From Elusimicrobiota bacterium (GTDB lineage: Bacteria > Elusimicrobiota > Elusimicrobia > UBA1565 > UBA9628): DNA of 64,000 nucleotides. Position 1 is the first letter of the stretch, and each line of letters begins with the position of its first letter. Made by a program: the position numbers and the translations under genes. Where the stretch lies: the NCBI GenBank assembly GCA_016191335.1, contig JACPOW010000051.1:12162-76161 (forward strand), written 5' to 3'. Of the stretch, positions 36,442-45,088 are shown piece after piece. The notes under the pieces are model-generated. The model was not told where the DNA came from, searched no databases, and saw only the letters and a list, made by a program, of their open reading frames with translations.

Positions 36442-36453
36442 GGCGCTATGATA

Positions 36454-38049
36454 TCACAGGCTCGAGCGGTAGGATTTCCCTAATGCGGCGAGCACCGCCT
36501 CGGCCGAGCGGACGCCCCGGTCCATCGCCTCCTCGAAGATCGAGAACCCGGACAGGTCGGAGTGGGCGAAATGGATGGGGCCGATGGGCTTGAGCGCGGC
36601 CTGGCGCTCGGCGCCCCAGATGAAGCCCGGCTTGGGCAGGATCATGCCGTGTCCCCAGACCCAGCCGTCGAACCGGCTCACGCGCTCGCGCAGGCGCGGA
36701 TGCGCGCGCTCCAGGTCGCGCAGGCACTCCTCGCGCCACTCCGCCAGGCTCCGCTTGTACGCGGCGGCGCGCTGGCCCTCGGGGTCGCCGGTCAGCGCGC
36801 GATAATAGGTCCACACCGCGCGCCGGCGGTTCTGCGAGAAGCTCTGGTGCGTCGCGTCGACGTAGCCGAGGCCCTCCCCGCTGTGGATCATGTTGTCCCA
36901 GGCGGGGGCGGCGCCGAGGCCGGACGGGGGGTTCTCGACGGTCAGGTTGGCGACGAACCACGGCGCGTAGGCGAAGCCCGAGGGCTTCGGGTCCTCGCGC
37001 AGGGGCTTGACGATGCGGCGCGCCGCGAAGCGGGGGGCGCAGACGATGGCGCGCTTGGCGAGAAGACGGCGCGTGGCGCCCGTGGCCGCGTCGTGATAGT
37101 CGACCCGGACGCCGTCCCCGTCCGGGGCCACGTCGAAGGCCAGCGCCCCGGTCCGCACGCGGGGGCCGAGCGCCTCCGCGAGCCTGCGCACGAGGAAGCC
37201 GTTGCCCTCGGGCCAGACCAGGTACTCGTCGTCCTCGCCCTCGCCGCGCGCGGCGTAGTACTGCAGGCCGGCCCAGGCCGAGACCTCGGCCAGCCCGCCG
37301 CCGAAGTCGTCGCGGCAGGCGTACTCGACGTACCAGCGCAGGGCGGGGGAGCGGAAGCCCTTCTCGTCGAGCCACGCCGCCATCGTGACGCGGTCGAGCG
37401 CGAGCAGCTCGGGGTCGCGCGAGCTGAGCTCCATCGGGATCGCGAAGGCGGGGCGGCCGTCCCGGCCGACGCGGCGGCGCAGCGCCGCGATCTCGGCGTG
37501 GAAGCGGTCGCGCTCCGCCAGGTCCGCGGCCGAGGCGCCGAGCCGGGGATACAGGCCCTCCTGCCACCGCCCGTGGATGTACAGGCGCTCCTCGGGGGCG
37601 TGGCACAGGACCGCCTCGTCGTACACGGGTTTGCCGCCCTTGTCGCCGACGATCACCTTCAGCTCGCGCAGCAGCTCGCGCACGGCGCGCGCGCGCGGGC
37701 CGGGGACCGGGAGGTAATGGGCGCCCCACGGGTACGGGCTCACCTCGTTCTCGCCCCAGGCCGCGTTGCCGCCGGCGCGGGCCTCGAGGTCGAGCAGCAC
37801 GAACCTTCCCTCCCCGGAGCGCAGGAGCTTCCAGCCCGCCGTCAGCCCCGCGACGCCGCCGCCGACGATCACGACGGGCACGCGCTCGGTCGAGGTCGGG
37901 GCCGGGAAGCCGCCGGCGCGCAGCTTATGTCCCAGGGCGTGATTCGGGCCCAGCAGCTCGCCCGGTATCCCGCGCTCCGTCCGGCAAGCCCCGAACGCCG
38001 CCGCCGCCAGCGCCCCGCCGATGAACTCCCGGCGGGTGAGGCCGGTCAT
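36454..38049 (-). CDS. FAD/NAD(P)-binding amine-oxidase-like oxidoreductase with Tat signal
   Basis: MTGLTRREFIGGALAAAAFGAC twin-arginine leader and dinucleotide fold VVIVGGGVAGLTAGWKL. ATGA-coupled to the SpeE-like gene. Confidence 0.75.
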   Translation of the reverse strand: MTGLTRREFIGGALAAAAFGACRTERGIPGELLGPNHALGHKLRAGGFPAPTSTERVPVVIVGGGVAGLTAGWKLLRSGEGRFVLLDLEARAGGNAAWGENEVSPYPWGAHYLPVPGPRARAVRELLRELKVIVGDKGGKPVYDEAVLCHAPEERLYIHGRWQEGLYPRLGASAADLAERDRFHAEIAALRRRVGRDGRPAFAIPMELSSRDPELLALDRVTMAAWLDEKGFRSPALRWYVEYACRDDFGGGLAEVSAWAGLQYYAARGEGEDDEYLVWPEGNGFLVRRLAEALGPRVRTGALAFDVAPDGDGVRVDYHDAATGATRRLLAKRAIVCAPRFAARRIVKPLREDPKPSGFAYAPWFVANLTVENPPSGLGAAPAWDNMIHSGEGLGYVDATHQSFSQNRRRAVWTYYRALTGDPEGQRAAAYKRSLAEWREECLRDLERAHPRLRERVSRFDGWVWGHGMILPKPGFIWGAERQAALKPIGPIHFAHSDLSGFSIFEEAMDRGVRSAEAVLAALGKSYRSSL

Positions 38050-39548
38050 CCGCCGTGGGTGATGCGGGCCCATTCGCGCTCGTAGTGCTGGACGAGGACC
38101 TGGGTGTCGAGGCGGTTGGGCTCGGCGGGGACGCGGGACATGTCGCCGGGGAAGTCGAACATGCCGCGCGCGATGTCGGGCGTGAGGTAGCGCAGGCCCG
38201 CGGGGAACTTCGACGGGACGCGGTACGGAGAAGTGGCCCCGATGACGAAGCCCCACTCGCCGAACGAGGGCACGTAGGCGTGGTAGGGGCTCGTCTTGAA
38301 CCCCGCGGCCTCCATCGTCGTCACCACGGTCCAATAGGTCTGCCGCGCGAACAGCGGCGAGGTGGACTGCACCGTGACGATCGCGCCGGGGGCCAGGCGC
38401 CGGCTCAGCAGGCGGTAGAAGGCGGTGGTGTACAGCTTGCCGACGGCGTAGTTCGAGGGGTCGGGGAAATCGACGATGACGACGTCGAAGCGGCGGTCGT
38501 TCTTCTCGAGCCAGCGGTAGGCGTCGGCGTTGACCACGGTCATGCGCGGGTCGGAGAGGGAGTGTCCGTTGAGGGCGGAGAGCGACCGGTGCGTGGTGAA
38601 GAGGTGGGTCATCACCGGGTCGAGGTCGACCAAGGTCACCGCGCCCACGCGCTTATCGCGCAGGACCTCGCGCGCGGCGAGGCCGTCGCCGCCGCCGAGG
38701 ATCAGGACGCTGCGGGGATCGGCGTGCGCGGAGAGGGCCGGATGCACGAGAGCCTCGTGATAGCGGTACTCGTCCATCGTGCTGAACTGAAGGTTGCCGT
38801 TGAGGAACAGGCGCCAGTCGTCCTTCCAGCGCGTGAGCACGATCTTCTGATAGGGGGAGGACTTGCTGAAGATGACCTCGTCGGCGTACATGTCGCCCTC
38901 GGCGCGGGAGGCGATCTCCCCGGAGAACACGAGGCCGAGGCACAGCGCCGCGGCGGACCCCGCGCACAGCGCGCGCAGGCCGGCGCGCTCCGGGATCGCG
39001 TCGCGCAGCAGGTGCAAGGTGGCGGCTGCGACGCCGACGTTGAGCAGGCCGAACAGCAGGGCCGTGTTGAGCAGGCCGAGCTTCGGCACCAGCAGGAGGG
39101 GGAACAGCACGGAGGCGAACAGCGCGCCGATGTAGTCCATCGTCAGGACCTGGGAGACGAGGTCCTTGAAGTCCAGGCGGTCCTTTAAAATACGCATCAT
39201 CAGCGGGATCTCGAGCCCGACCAAGGTCCCGACGACGAAGACGACGAGGTACAGCAGGACCCGGAAGCTCGCCGCGTGCGCGAAGGCCAGGAACAGGAAG
39301 GTCGAGGAGAAGCCGCCGACGAGCCCGACCAGGAGCTCGACCTGGACGAAGCGCGCGGCCAGCCCCTTGCCGACGAACCGCGACAGCCACGAGCCCACGC
39401 CCATCGCGAACAGGTACGCCCCGATGACGGTCGAGAACTGCAGGACCGTGTCGCCGAGCAGGTAGCTGGCGAGCGCGCCGGCCACGAGCTCGTAGATGAG
39501 CCCGCAGGTGGCGACCAGGAAGACCGAGGCGTACAGCGCGATGTTCAC
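38046..39548 (-). CDS. polyamine aminopropyltransferase (spermidine synthase-like) with N-terminal multi-TM domain
   Basis: About 200 aa of TM helices, then SPYQKI, VLILGGGDGLAAREVLR, VTLVDLDP and VVIVDFPDPSN motifs of the SpeE fold. Confidence 0.82.
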   Translation of the reverse strand: MNIALYASVFLVATCGLIYELVAGALASYLLGDTVLQFSTVIGAYLFAMGVGSWLSRFVGKGLAARFVQVELLVGLVGGFSSTFLFLAFAHAASFRVLLYLVVFVVGTLVGLEIPLMMRILKDRLDFKDLVSQVLTMDYIGALFASVLFPLLLVPKLGLLNTALLFGLLNVGVAAATLHLLRDAIPERAGLRALCAGSAAALCLGLVFSGEIASRAEGDMYADEVIFSKSSPYQKIVLTRWKDDWRLFLNGNLQFSTMDEYRYHEALVHPALSAHADPRSVLILGGGDGLAAREVLRDKRVGAVTLVDLDPVMTHLFTTHRSLSALNGHSLSDPRMTVVNADAYRWLEKNDRRFDVVIVDFPDPSNYAVGKLYTTAFYRLLSRRLAPGAIVTVQSTSPLFARQTYWTVVTTMEAAGFKTSPYHAYVPSFGEWGFVIGATSPYRVPSKFPAGLRYLTPDIARGMFDFPGDMSRVPAEPNRLDTQVLVQHYEREWARITHGG

Positions 39549-39552
39549 GGCG

Positions 39553-39774
39553 TCAGCCGATCATGGAGGCGGCGATGATGATGCCCATCGCGACCGAGAG
39601 CCCGGCCATCACGGTGGCCAGCGCCCGGTTCTGCTTGACCACGATCTCCTGCCAGAGGTCGTAGGGCGTGAGCTTGTCGAAGATCACGAACCAGGCGAAG
39701 AAGACCGCCGCGCCCAGACCGGAATAGATCACCGCCGCGACGAGGTGCTGCACGTCGAGTATGTTCTTCATCAC
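39553..39774 (-). CDS. DUF350-like small membrane protein
   Basis: 73 aa with two or three TM helices. Size and position next to the SpeE-like gene match the DUF350 pattern. Confidence 0.65.
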   Translation of the reverse strand: MMKNILDVQHLVAAVIYSGLGAAVFFAWFVIFDKLTPYDLWQEIVVKQNRALATVMAGLSVAMGIIIAASMIG

Positions 39775-39953
39775 TTTCCTCCGGAGTATCGATGATAGCT
39801 GGAATAATGCGACCGGTATGAGCCGGGATTGTCACGGACGGATTTCGGCACGCCGGCGACGCGCTCGACGGGGGTGATCCACCAGCCCGTCCACAGCGCC
39901 CACGAGGCCGCGGCGGCGACGAACAGCGCGTACCAGCGGTACCAGCGGCTCAT
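39771..39953 (-). CDS. small Trp/Tyr-rich membrane protein
   Basis: 60 aa (MSRWYRWYALFVAAAASWALWTGWW...). ATGA-coupled at its start, and its stop shares a base with the next start. Confidence 0.5.
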   Translation of the reverse strand: MSRWYRWYALFVAAAASWALWTGWWITPVERVAGVPKSVRDNPGSYRSHYSSYHRYSGGK

Positions 39954-41344
39954 TCGTCGTCCTCCTCGTCGTCCGAGGACGTGCGGGGATGGTCGCTTTC
40001 CATCCAGCGCGTGTTCTCGAACGAGTCGTGGCGCATGCCCGCCCACACCGCGGGGAGCAGCAGAAGCGCGAGCGCGATGAGCGGGAGGCGCTTGAGCGGC
40101 ACGTCCCGCCTCACGATGACGCGGAAGCTCAGCTGCGGCGCGTCCGTCTCCGGCTCGACGCGCAGGTAATAGCGCCCCGCGGGGACGCTCGGAACGAAGA
40201 AGGTCTCGTAGCGTCCGCCCTCGCTCCAGGACTCGCCGTCGTCCACGCCGTGGTAATAGGACAGGTCCCGGCCGAAGTCGAAGGCCTGGTCGGTGTCGGC
40301 GTCGATCAAGGCCATGCTCACGTACGCCCAATGCTGGTCGAGGTTCGTGTCCACCGTGACCTCGAGGTTCGAGGTGCGGCCCTTGACCTCGAACACCTCG
40401 CCGACGCGGGAGCGCTCGAGGTCGGCGGCCGTGACCTCGAAGCCGCCCTCGTACACCTTGGCCTTGGACGCGGTCGCCTCGACGAAGACGAAGACGCCGA
40501 CGCACAGCGCCGCGGCGACGCCGAAGCTCCGCCAGACCGACGGCAGCTCCCCGGCCCACGGGTTGGGCTGGGCGGGGGCGACGCCTATCTTGGCCGGGGG
40601 CGCGCCGGGCATGGCGAAGGCGGCCCAGACCTCCTCGGGCTCCATGTACTCGCCCGCGGTCCAGACCGACTCCGTCGCGGTGACCTCCTGCGACAGCAGG
40701 TACGGAGGGCAGATGAAATCGCGGGAGCGCGCGGCGTCGCCGACCTTGGCGACCCACGGGAACTCGCCGAGCACCGCGGTGGTCACCGGGATGCTGGACT
40801 GGAAGTGCCGGTAAAGGCGGCCGTCGAGCTCGACGGTGGGGGCGCGTTCCGCGTCGCGGTTCTGCGCGCCCTCCATCTCCGGCGGCACCGGAGCCTTGCC
40901 TTCCTTGACCTTGACCGCGGGCAGGGGAGGGACCGGGACGGCCGCCGGCGCGGCGGCCGGAGCGGCGCCCAGCGGAGCGGCGGGGGCCGCCGGCGCCGCT
41001 GGCCGCGACGGCTCGTCGCCTTTCTTGCCCGCGATGTTCTCGACGCCGGAGAGCTTGCGTAGGATCATGATCTCGCCCGCGTCGAACCACAGCGCGGAGC
41101 AGGTGGCGCACCGGTCCACCTCGATCTGGCCTTCGTAGGCGTTGGCGGTCTCCATCGGGCGGCGGCAGCGCGGGCAGTCGAAGCGGGCGGGCCTCGGGCC
41201 GATCAGCCGCAGCGGCACGGCGATGTCGTCCGCCTCGTACAGCACGCCCGAGCAGCCCGTGCAGGTGCGCACGACGATGCCGGAGGAGATCTCGACCGCC
41301 TCGAGCGGAGCCTGGCACTTCGGGCACTTCATGCTCTCAGCCAC
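39950..41344 (-). CDS. zinc-ribbon / DUF4178-like / C-terminal TM protein
   Basis: Two CxxC...CxxC ribbons (CPKC...CTGC; CPRC...CATC), a Pro/Ala linker, a DUF4178-like beta-rich core, a TM helix and an acidic tail. Confidence 0.65.
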   Translation of the reverse strand: MAESMKCPKCQAPLEAVEISSGIVVRTCTGCSGVLYEADDIAVPLRLIGPRPARFDCPRCRRPMETANAYEGQIEVDRCATCSALWFDAGEIMILRKLSGVENIAGKKGDEPSRPAAPAAPAAPLGAAPAAAPAAVPVPPLPAVKVKEGKAPVPPEMEGAQNRDAERAPTVELDGRLYRHFQSSIPVTTAVLGEFPWVAKVGDAARSRDFICPPYLLSQEVTATESVWTAGEYMEPEEVWAAFAMPGAPPAKIGVAPAQPNPWAGELPSVWRSFGVAAALCVGVFVFVEATASKAKVYEGGFEVTAADLERSRVGEVFEVKGRTSNLEVTVDTNLDQHWAYVSMALIDADTDQAFDFGRDLSYYHGVDDGESWSEGGRYETFFVPSVPAGRYYLRVEPETDAPQLSFRVIVRRDVPLKRLPLIALALLLLPAVWAGMRHDSFENTRWMESDHPRTSSDDEEDDE

Positions 41345-41726
41345 CGGGGGTTTCCTTCGGCTTGGTCTCGACGGTCTTGAGCAGGAGCCAGTGCCCGTTC
41401 GACTCGGTCATCCAGCGGAAGCCCTTGTACGGGTTCCAGAGCAGGTACTCGTCCCAGGAGTAGATCACGCCCGAGTAGCGCACGGCCCGGCGCTGGAAGC
41501 CGATGACCTCGAGCTGGTCGCCGCGCACGGTGCCGCGCGTGCCGATGGGGATCTTCGGCGTGACCCCGAGCTTGGAGCGGTACTTCGCCAGCACCTGATG
41601 GCGGGGGTCCTTCGCGTCGAGCACCGCGCCGCAATGCGGGCAGGCGAGGCTCTCGCTGACGCCCTCCGCGCGCAAGGTGAGCGGGCCGCCGCAGGCGGGG
41701 CAGTCGAAGCGGGAGCTCACGACCAC
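41337..41726 (-). CDS. DUF4178-like protein with N-terminal zinc ribbon
   Basis: CPAC...CPHC ribbon, then GT(V)RGDQLEVIGFQRR...WDEYLLW pattern. GTG 41726 or GTG 41720 (GTGA overlap). Confidence 0.65.
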   Translation of the reverse strand: MVVSSRFDCPACGGPLTLRAEGVSESLACPHCGAVLDAKDPRHQVLAKYRSKLGVTPKIPIGTRGTVRGDQLEVIGFQRRAVRYSGVIYSWDEYLLWNPYKGFRWMTESNGHWLLLKTVETKPKETPGG

Positions 41727-42343
41727 CCCTCGATGAGCTTGAGGCCGGTGAAGGAGAGCGCTTCGAACGCCTGGTATTCACCCGCGAACACCGACGGCGG
41801 GTCGTCCGAGTAATCGAGCGTGGCGAAAGCCCCGTCCTCGCCGATCAGGTCGGCGGAGGGCGCGGTCTCGCCGAGCGGCGGCTTGAAGGGGAGCTCGCCC
41901 TGGGCCGCGAGGTACTTGGCCTCGATGACCTCGCGGACCTGATAGGCCTTGCCCTGGATCTCGACCCGCGAGTCCACCTTGAGGTCGGCGAGCGCGGGGA
42001 CGGCGGCGTCCGCCTTGAAGCTCACCGCGTAGGTCCCCTGCGCCTCGCCGAGCCAGCCCTGGCGGCCGTCGTCGAACATCAGGCACCACTCGTTCCAGAA
42101 GCCGCGGGGCGTCCGCAGCTGCATCCGGCCGACGACCTCGAAGGACGCGCCGCGATAGCTCCCGCGGGAGCCGACCAGGACCGGGGACCCGTCGGGCTGG
42201 AGCTGGGCCGACTCACCGAGCGTCTCGAGGTCGAGGTCCTTGCGCTGGACGAGGCTGCGGCAGAACGGGCACACCGCCAGGAGGCTGATCGAGGCGCGGA
42301 ACGGGACCATCGCGCCGCAGGCGGGGCACTTGCGCTCGATCAT
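41717..42343 (-). CDS. DUF4178-like protein with N-terminal zinc ribbon
   Basis: CPAC...CPFC ribbon, then GSYRGASFEVVGRMQL...WNEWCLMFDDG pattern. ATGA-coupled start. Confidence 0.65.
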   Translation of the reverse strand: MIERKCPACGAMVPFRASISLLAVCPFCRSLVQRKDLDLETLGESAQLQPDGSPVLVGSRGSYRGASFEVVGRMQLRTPRGFWNEWCLMFDDGRQGWLGEAQGTYAVSFKADAAVPALADLKVDSRVEIQGKAYQVREVIEAKYLAAQGELPFKPPLGETAPSADLIGEDGAFATLDYSDDPPSVFAGEYQAFEALSFTGLKLIEGWS

Positions 42344-43443
42344 CGGGTTACAGGCATTATCGCGCTTGGAGGTGCCTCGGTCAAGCCGAGAATCCTCTCC
42401 CGGAGCCCGGGATTCGTCCCGTCGAAACGCCACAGCCAGGCGTCGAGCAGGTAGTGCGTCGCCTGCGGCAGGGCGAGCAAAGGGATGAGCAGGGCCGCCA
42501 GCGCGCCCGCCGGCGCCCAGTCCGCCGCCGCGCCGAAGTACACCTCCGCGTGCTCCTTCCAGACGAGGACGTCCCAGACGCCCTCCTCGGCGTAGCCGAT
42601 GACCAGGAGCAGGCCGACGAACAGGAACAGATACGCCGGCTTGTGCCAGGTCTCGCGCCAGCTCCCGTCCTTCCACGAACGGTTCCCGTACAGCCAGACC
42701 AGGGCATAATAAGGAATCCCGTGCGAGACGATGTTCGTCACCGTGAAGGCGAAGTCGGAGTTCGTCGCGACGATGCCGACATACCACGCGACCGCGGTGG
42801 ACGCGATCACGGCGACCTTGCCGGGATGGACCTCGAGGCCCAGCTTGCGCCGCGCGAGCTGGCGGCCGAAGAACGCGCCGAGGACGGCGGCGTAAAGCCA
42901 GCCGGCCCACGGGCCGGCCAGCTTGTTCAGATTCACGAAGTCGCCCTGCACGAACCACCAGAACTTCCGCGCGGGATCGGCGTGCCAGTACACGAGGGGA
43001 TAGAGCATGGTCGCGTAGATCGCCGCCGCCTCCAGGCGCGCTTCCCAAAGCTCCTTGCGCCCCTCGAGGTGAGAGTACGCGCGCATGAAGCCGTACTGCT
43101 GGCGCACGAAGTGATAGACGGCGAGATAGGCGAGCGCGCGCCAGAAGGTCAGCGCGGAGATCCGGTACAGCAAGGCCCCGCCGAGCCAGCAGGCCAGCGG
43201 CAGGAACACGTACAGCGCGCGGCGGCGGGGGAACTCCACCGGGTCGAGATAGGTCCGGTACAAGGTCGCGTACACGTGCCCCACGTCGATGAAGACGACG
43301 AACACGAGCCAGCCCCAGGCGGGGGTCTCGGCCGCGCGCAGCGCGGGGATCAGGAGCACGGCGAGCGCGGCGAGCAGGGGCGGCCCCGCGAACCAGCCGA
43401 GGTCGAAGGCGGGGGAGTGCAGCCACTTCCGCGCTTGGATCAC
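42340..43443 (-). CDS. integral membrane protein of unknown function
   Basis: Polytopic, about 9 hydrophobic helices, with conserved-looking YHFVRQQYGF. GTG 43443 is preferred because TATAAT (43455-43450) lies 6 nt upstream. The tracked ATG 43518 would overlap the divergent gene. Confidence 0.6.
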   Translation of the reverse strand: MIQARKWLHSPAFDLGWFAGPPLLAALAVLLIPALRAAETPAWGWLVFVVFIDVGHVYATLYRTYLDPVEFPRRRALYVFLPLACWLGGALLYRISALTFWRALAYLAVYHFVRQQYGFMRAYSHLEGRKELWEARLEAAAIYATMLYPLVYWHADPARKFWWFVQGDFVNLNKLAGPWAGWLYAAVLGAFFGRQLARRKLGLEVHPGKVAVIASTAVAWYVGIVATNSDFAFTVTNIVSHGIPYYALVWLYGNRSWKDGSWRETWHKPAYLFLFVGLLLVIGYAEEGVWDVLVWKEHAEVYFGAAADWAPAGALAALLIPLLALPQATHYLLDAWLWRFDGTNPGLRERILGLTEAPPSAIMPVTR

Positions 43444-43468
43444 GAGGCCATTATATGAGTATTGCGCG

Positions 43469-44920
43469 ATGGGCGGGCGCAGGCTATCCTTCGAGGGCAT
43501 GGCCTGGCGCGAGCACATCGAGCCCGACTGGTTCCACGAGGCGCCGTTCTACCTCGCGGCGCTCATCGCCCACGGCGCCTTGCTGACCGTCAACCCCGTC
43601 ATCGAGTGGGGCGGGCTGAAGGCGCCGGAGAAGGCCGTCCCGATCGAATTCGTCGCCGACATCCCGCTCCCGCCCATCGTCCAGCCGGTGACCGCGCCGG
43701 AGCTCCACCCCGGCGGCGACGGCTCCAACCTCCCGCCGAAGCACGGGCCGGGGGAGTTCGAGCGCGAGAAGGTCAAGCGCGGCGCCGTCGACCCGCCGCC
43801 CAAGCCCAAGCCGGTGAAGAAGCCCGCGGCGGTCAAGTCCAAGGTGAACAAGCCCGGCACCACCGTGCACAAGGCGAAGGCCGCGCCCAAGCCCCGCCCG
43901 CTGGCCCGGCCCAAGGTGGACGCCCAGGCCGTGAAGTTCGCGCGCGAGGCGCAGGCGGAGTCCAAGCGCCTGCGCGCGGAGCGCGACCGCGCCGCGCGCG
44001 CCGTCGAGGCGGAGAAGGCGGCCGCGGCGAAGGCCGCCGCCGTCGAGCTCGCTAACGAGAAGAAGCGCATCGCCGCCGAGAAGGCGGCGGAGGCCAAGGC
44101 CGAGCGCGACCGCTTCGCCGCCCAGCAGGCGGCCGAGCGCGAGCGCCGCGCCGCGATCGCCCGCGCCGAGGCCGAGCGCCGCGCCGAGGCCGCCCGCCAG
44201 GCCGCCGAGGCCCGCGCCGCCGCGCTCGCCGAGCAGAAGCGCCTAGCCGCCGAAGCGAAAGCGGCCAAGGCCGCCAAGCGCGCCGCGCTGACCTCGGCCC
44301 TGGCCACGATGGCCGACCCCGACGAGGCCCTCGAGGCCGCGCCGGCCCCGTCTCCCAGCGGACGCGGCTCGGCCCGCAAGGGACGCCCCGCAGCGGGCGG
44401 CCCTGTCGCGGGCAAGGGCGGCGACGGCGGCGCCTTCGGCGAGTCCGACTCCGGCGAGGGCGGGGGCAAGGGCGGCGGCGAGGCGGAGCTGGCCGGCGCG
44501 CGCAAGGCCGGCGCGGCCGCGGCCCTGGCCGAGTCCACCGACCCCGGCGACGAGGCCGGCAGCGGCGGCTTCGACCTAATCGACTCCAAGGCGCGCGGCG
44601 GCGGCATCGGGCCCGAGGGCGGCGGCGTGTCCTTCTCGGTGGACGGCCCCGTCGGCGACCGCCGCATCCTCACCCGCGTCGCGCCCACGAGCCCCGACTG
44701 GGTCGCCACCCGCAACCTCGACCTGACCGTCACCGTCCGCTTCCAGGTCCTGCCCGACGGCTCGGTGAAGCCCGGCGCCGTGATCTCGAAGACCTCCGGC
44801 TTCCCCGACATCGACACCCGCGCCCTCAAAGCCCTCGCCCGTTGGCGCTTCCAGCCCGTCGGCGCCAAATCCGGCGCCGCCGAGGTCTGGGGCCGCGTCA
44901 CCTTCCGCTTCACCTCGTGA
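43469..44920 (+). CDS. TonB-family protein with TolA-like Ala/Glu/Lys/Arg-rich central helix
   Basis: N-terminal TM anchor, Pro-rich segment, a long AEKAAAAKAAA...-type helix, a Gly-rich linker and a C-terminal TonB_C-like domain (VRFQVLPDGSV...ALKALARWRFQP). ATG 43499 is the alternative start. Confidence 0.75.
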   Translation: MGGRRLSFEGMAWREHIEPDWFHEAPFYLAALIAHGALLTVNPVIEWGGLKAPEKAVPIEFVADIPLPPIVQPVTAPELHPGGDGSNLPPKHGPGEFEREKVKRGAVDPPPKPKPVKKPAAVKSKVNKPGTTVHKAKAAPKPRPLARPKVDAQAVKFAREAQAESKRLRAERDRAARAVEAEKAAAAKAAAVELANEKKRIAAEKAAEAKAERDRFAAQQAAERERRAAIARAEAERRAEAARQAAEARAAALAEQKRLAAEAKAAKAAKRAALTSALATMADPDEALEAAPAPSPSGRGSARKGRPAAGGPVAGKGGDGGAFGESDSGEGGGKGGGEAELAGARKAGAAAALAESTDPGDEAGSGGFDLIDSKARGGGIGPEGGGVSFSVDGPVGDRRILTRVAPTSPDWVATRNLDLTVTVRFQVLPDGSVKPGAVISKTSGFPDIDTRALKALARWRFQPVGAKSGAAEVWGRVTFRFTS

Positions 44921-44921
44921 T

Positions 44922-44996
44922 GGTGCCAGGCCTACCGGTATTTGCATAGGTGCCAGGCCTACCGATGTTTGCGCAAACATCGGTAGGCCTGGCACC
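44922..44996. repeat. 48-bp perfect palindrome (44949-44996) plus a third 16-nt arm copy (44922-44937)
   Basis: ggtgccaggcctaccgatgtttgc|gcaaacatcggtaggcctggcacc. The arm ggtgccaggcctaccg also occurs directly 27 nt upstream. Starts 2 nt after the TonB-like stop. Confidence 0.9.
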
Positions 44997-45088
44997 GACC
45001 CCTACCCGAAGGGCCCATGATTCAAGTCAACATACGGGTTTGACCTCACTCCTCGTTGGGGTATTCCGGTCCGGGCTATCATGTCGGC

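Noticed and set aside
43880-44330. Ala/Glu/Lys/Arg-coding low-complexity DNA as a possible tandem DNA repeat element
   Set aside because: There is no fixed-period nucleotide repeat. It is compositionally biased coding sequence of the TolA-like helix in the TonB-family gene.
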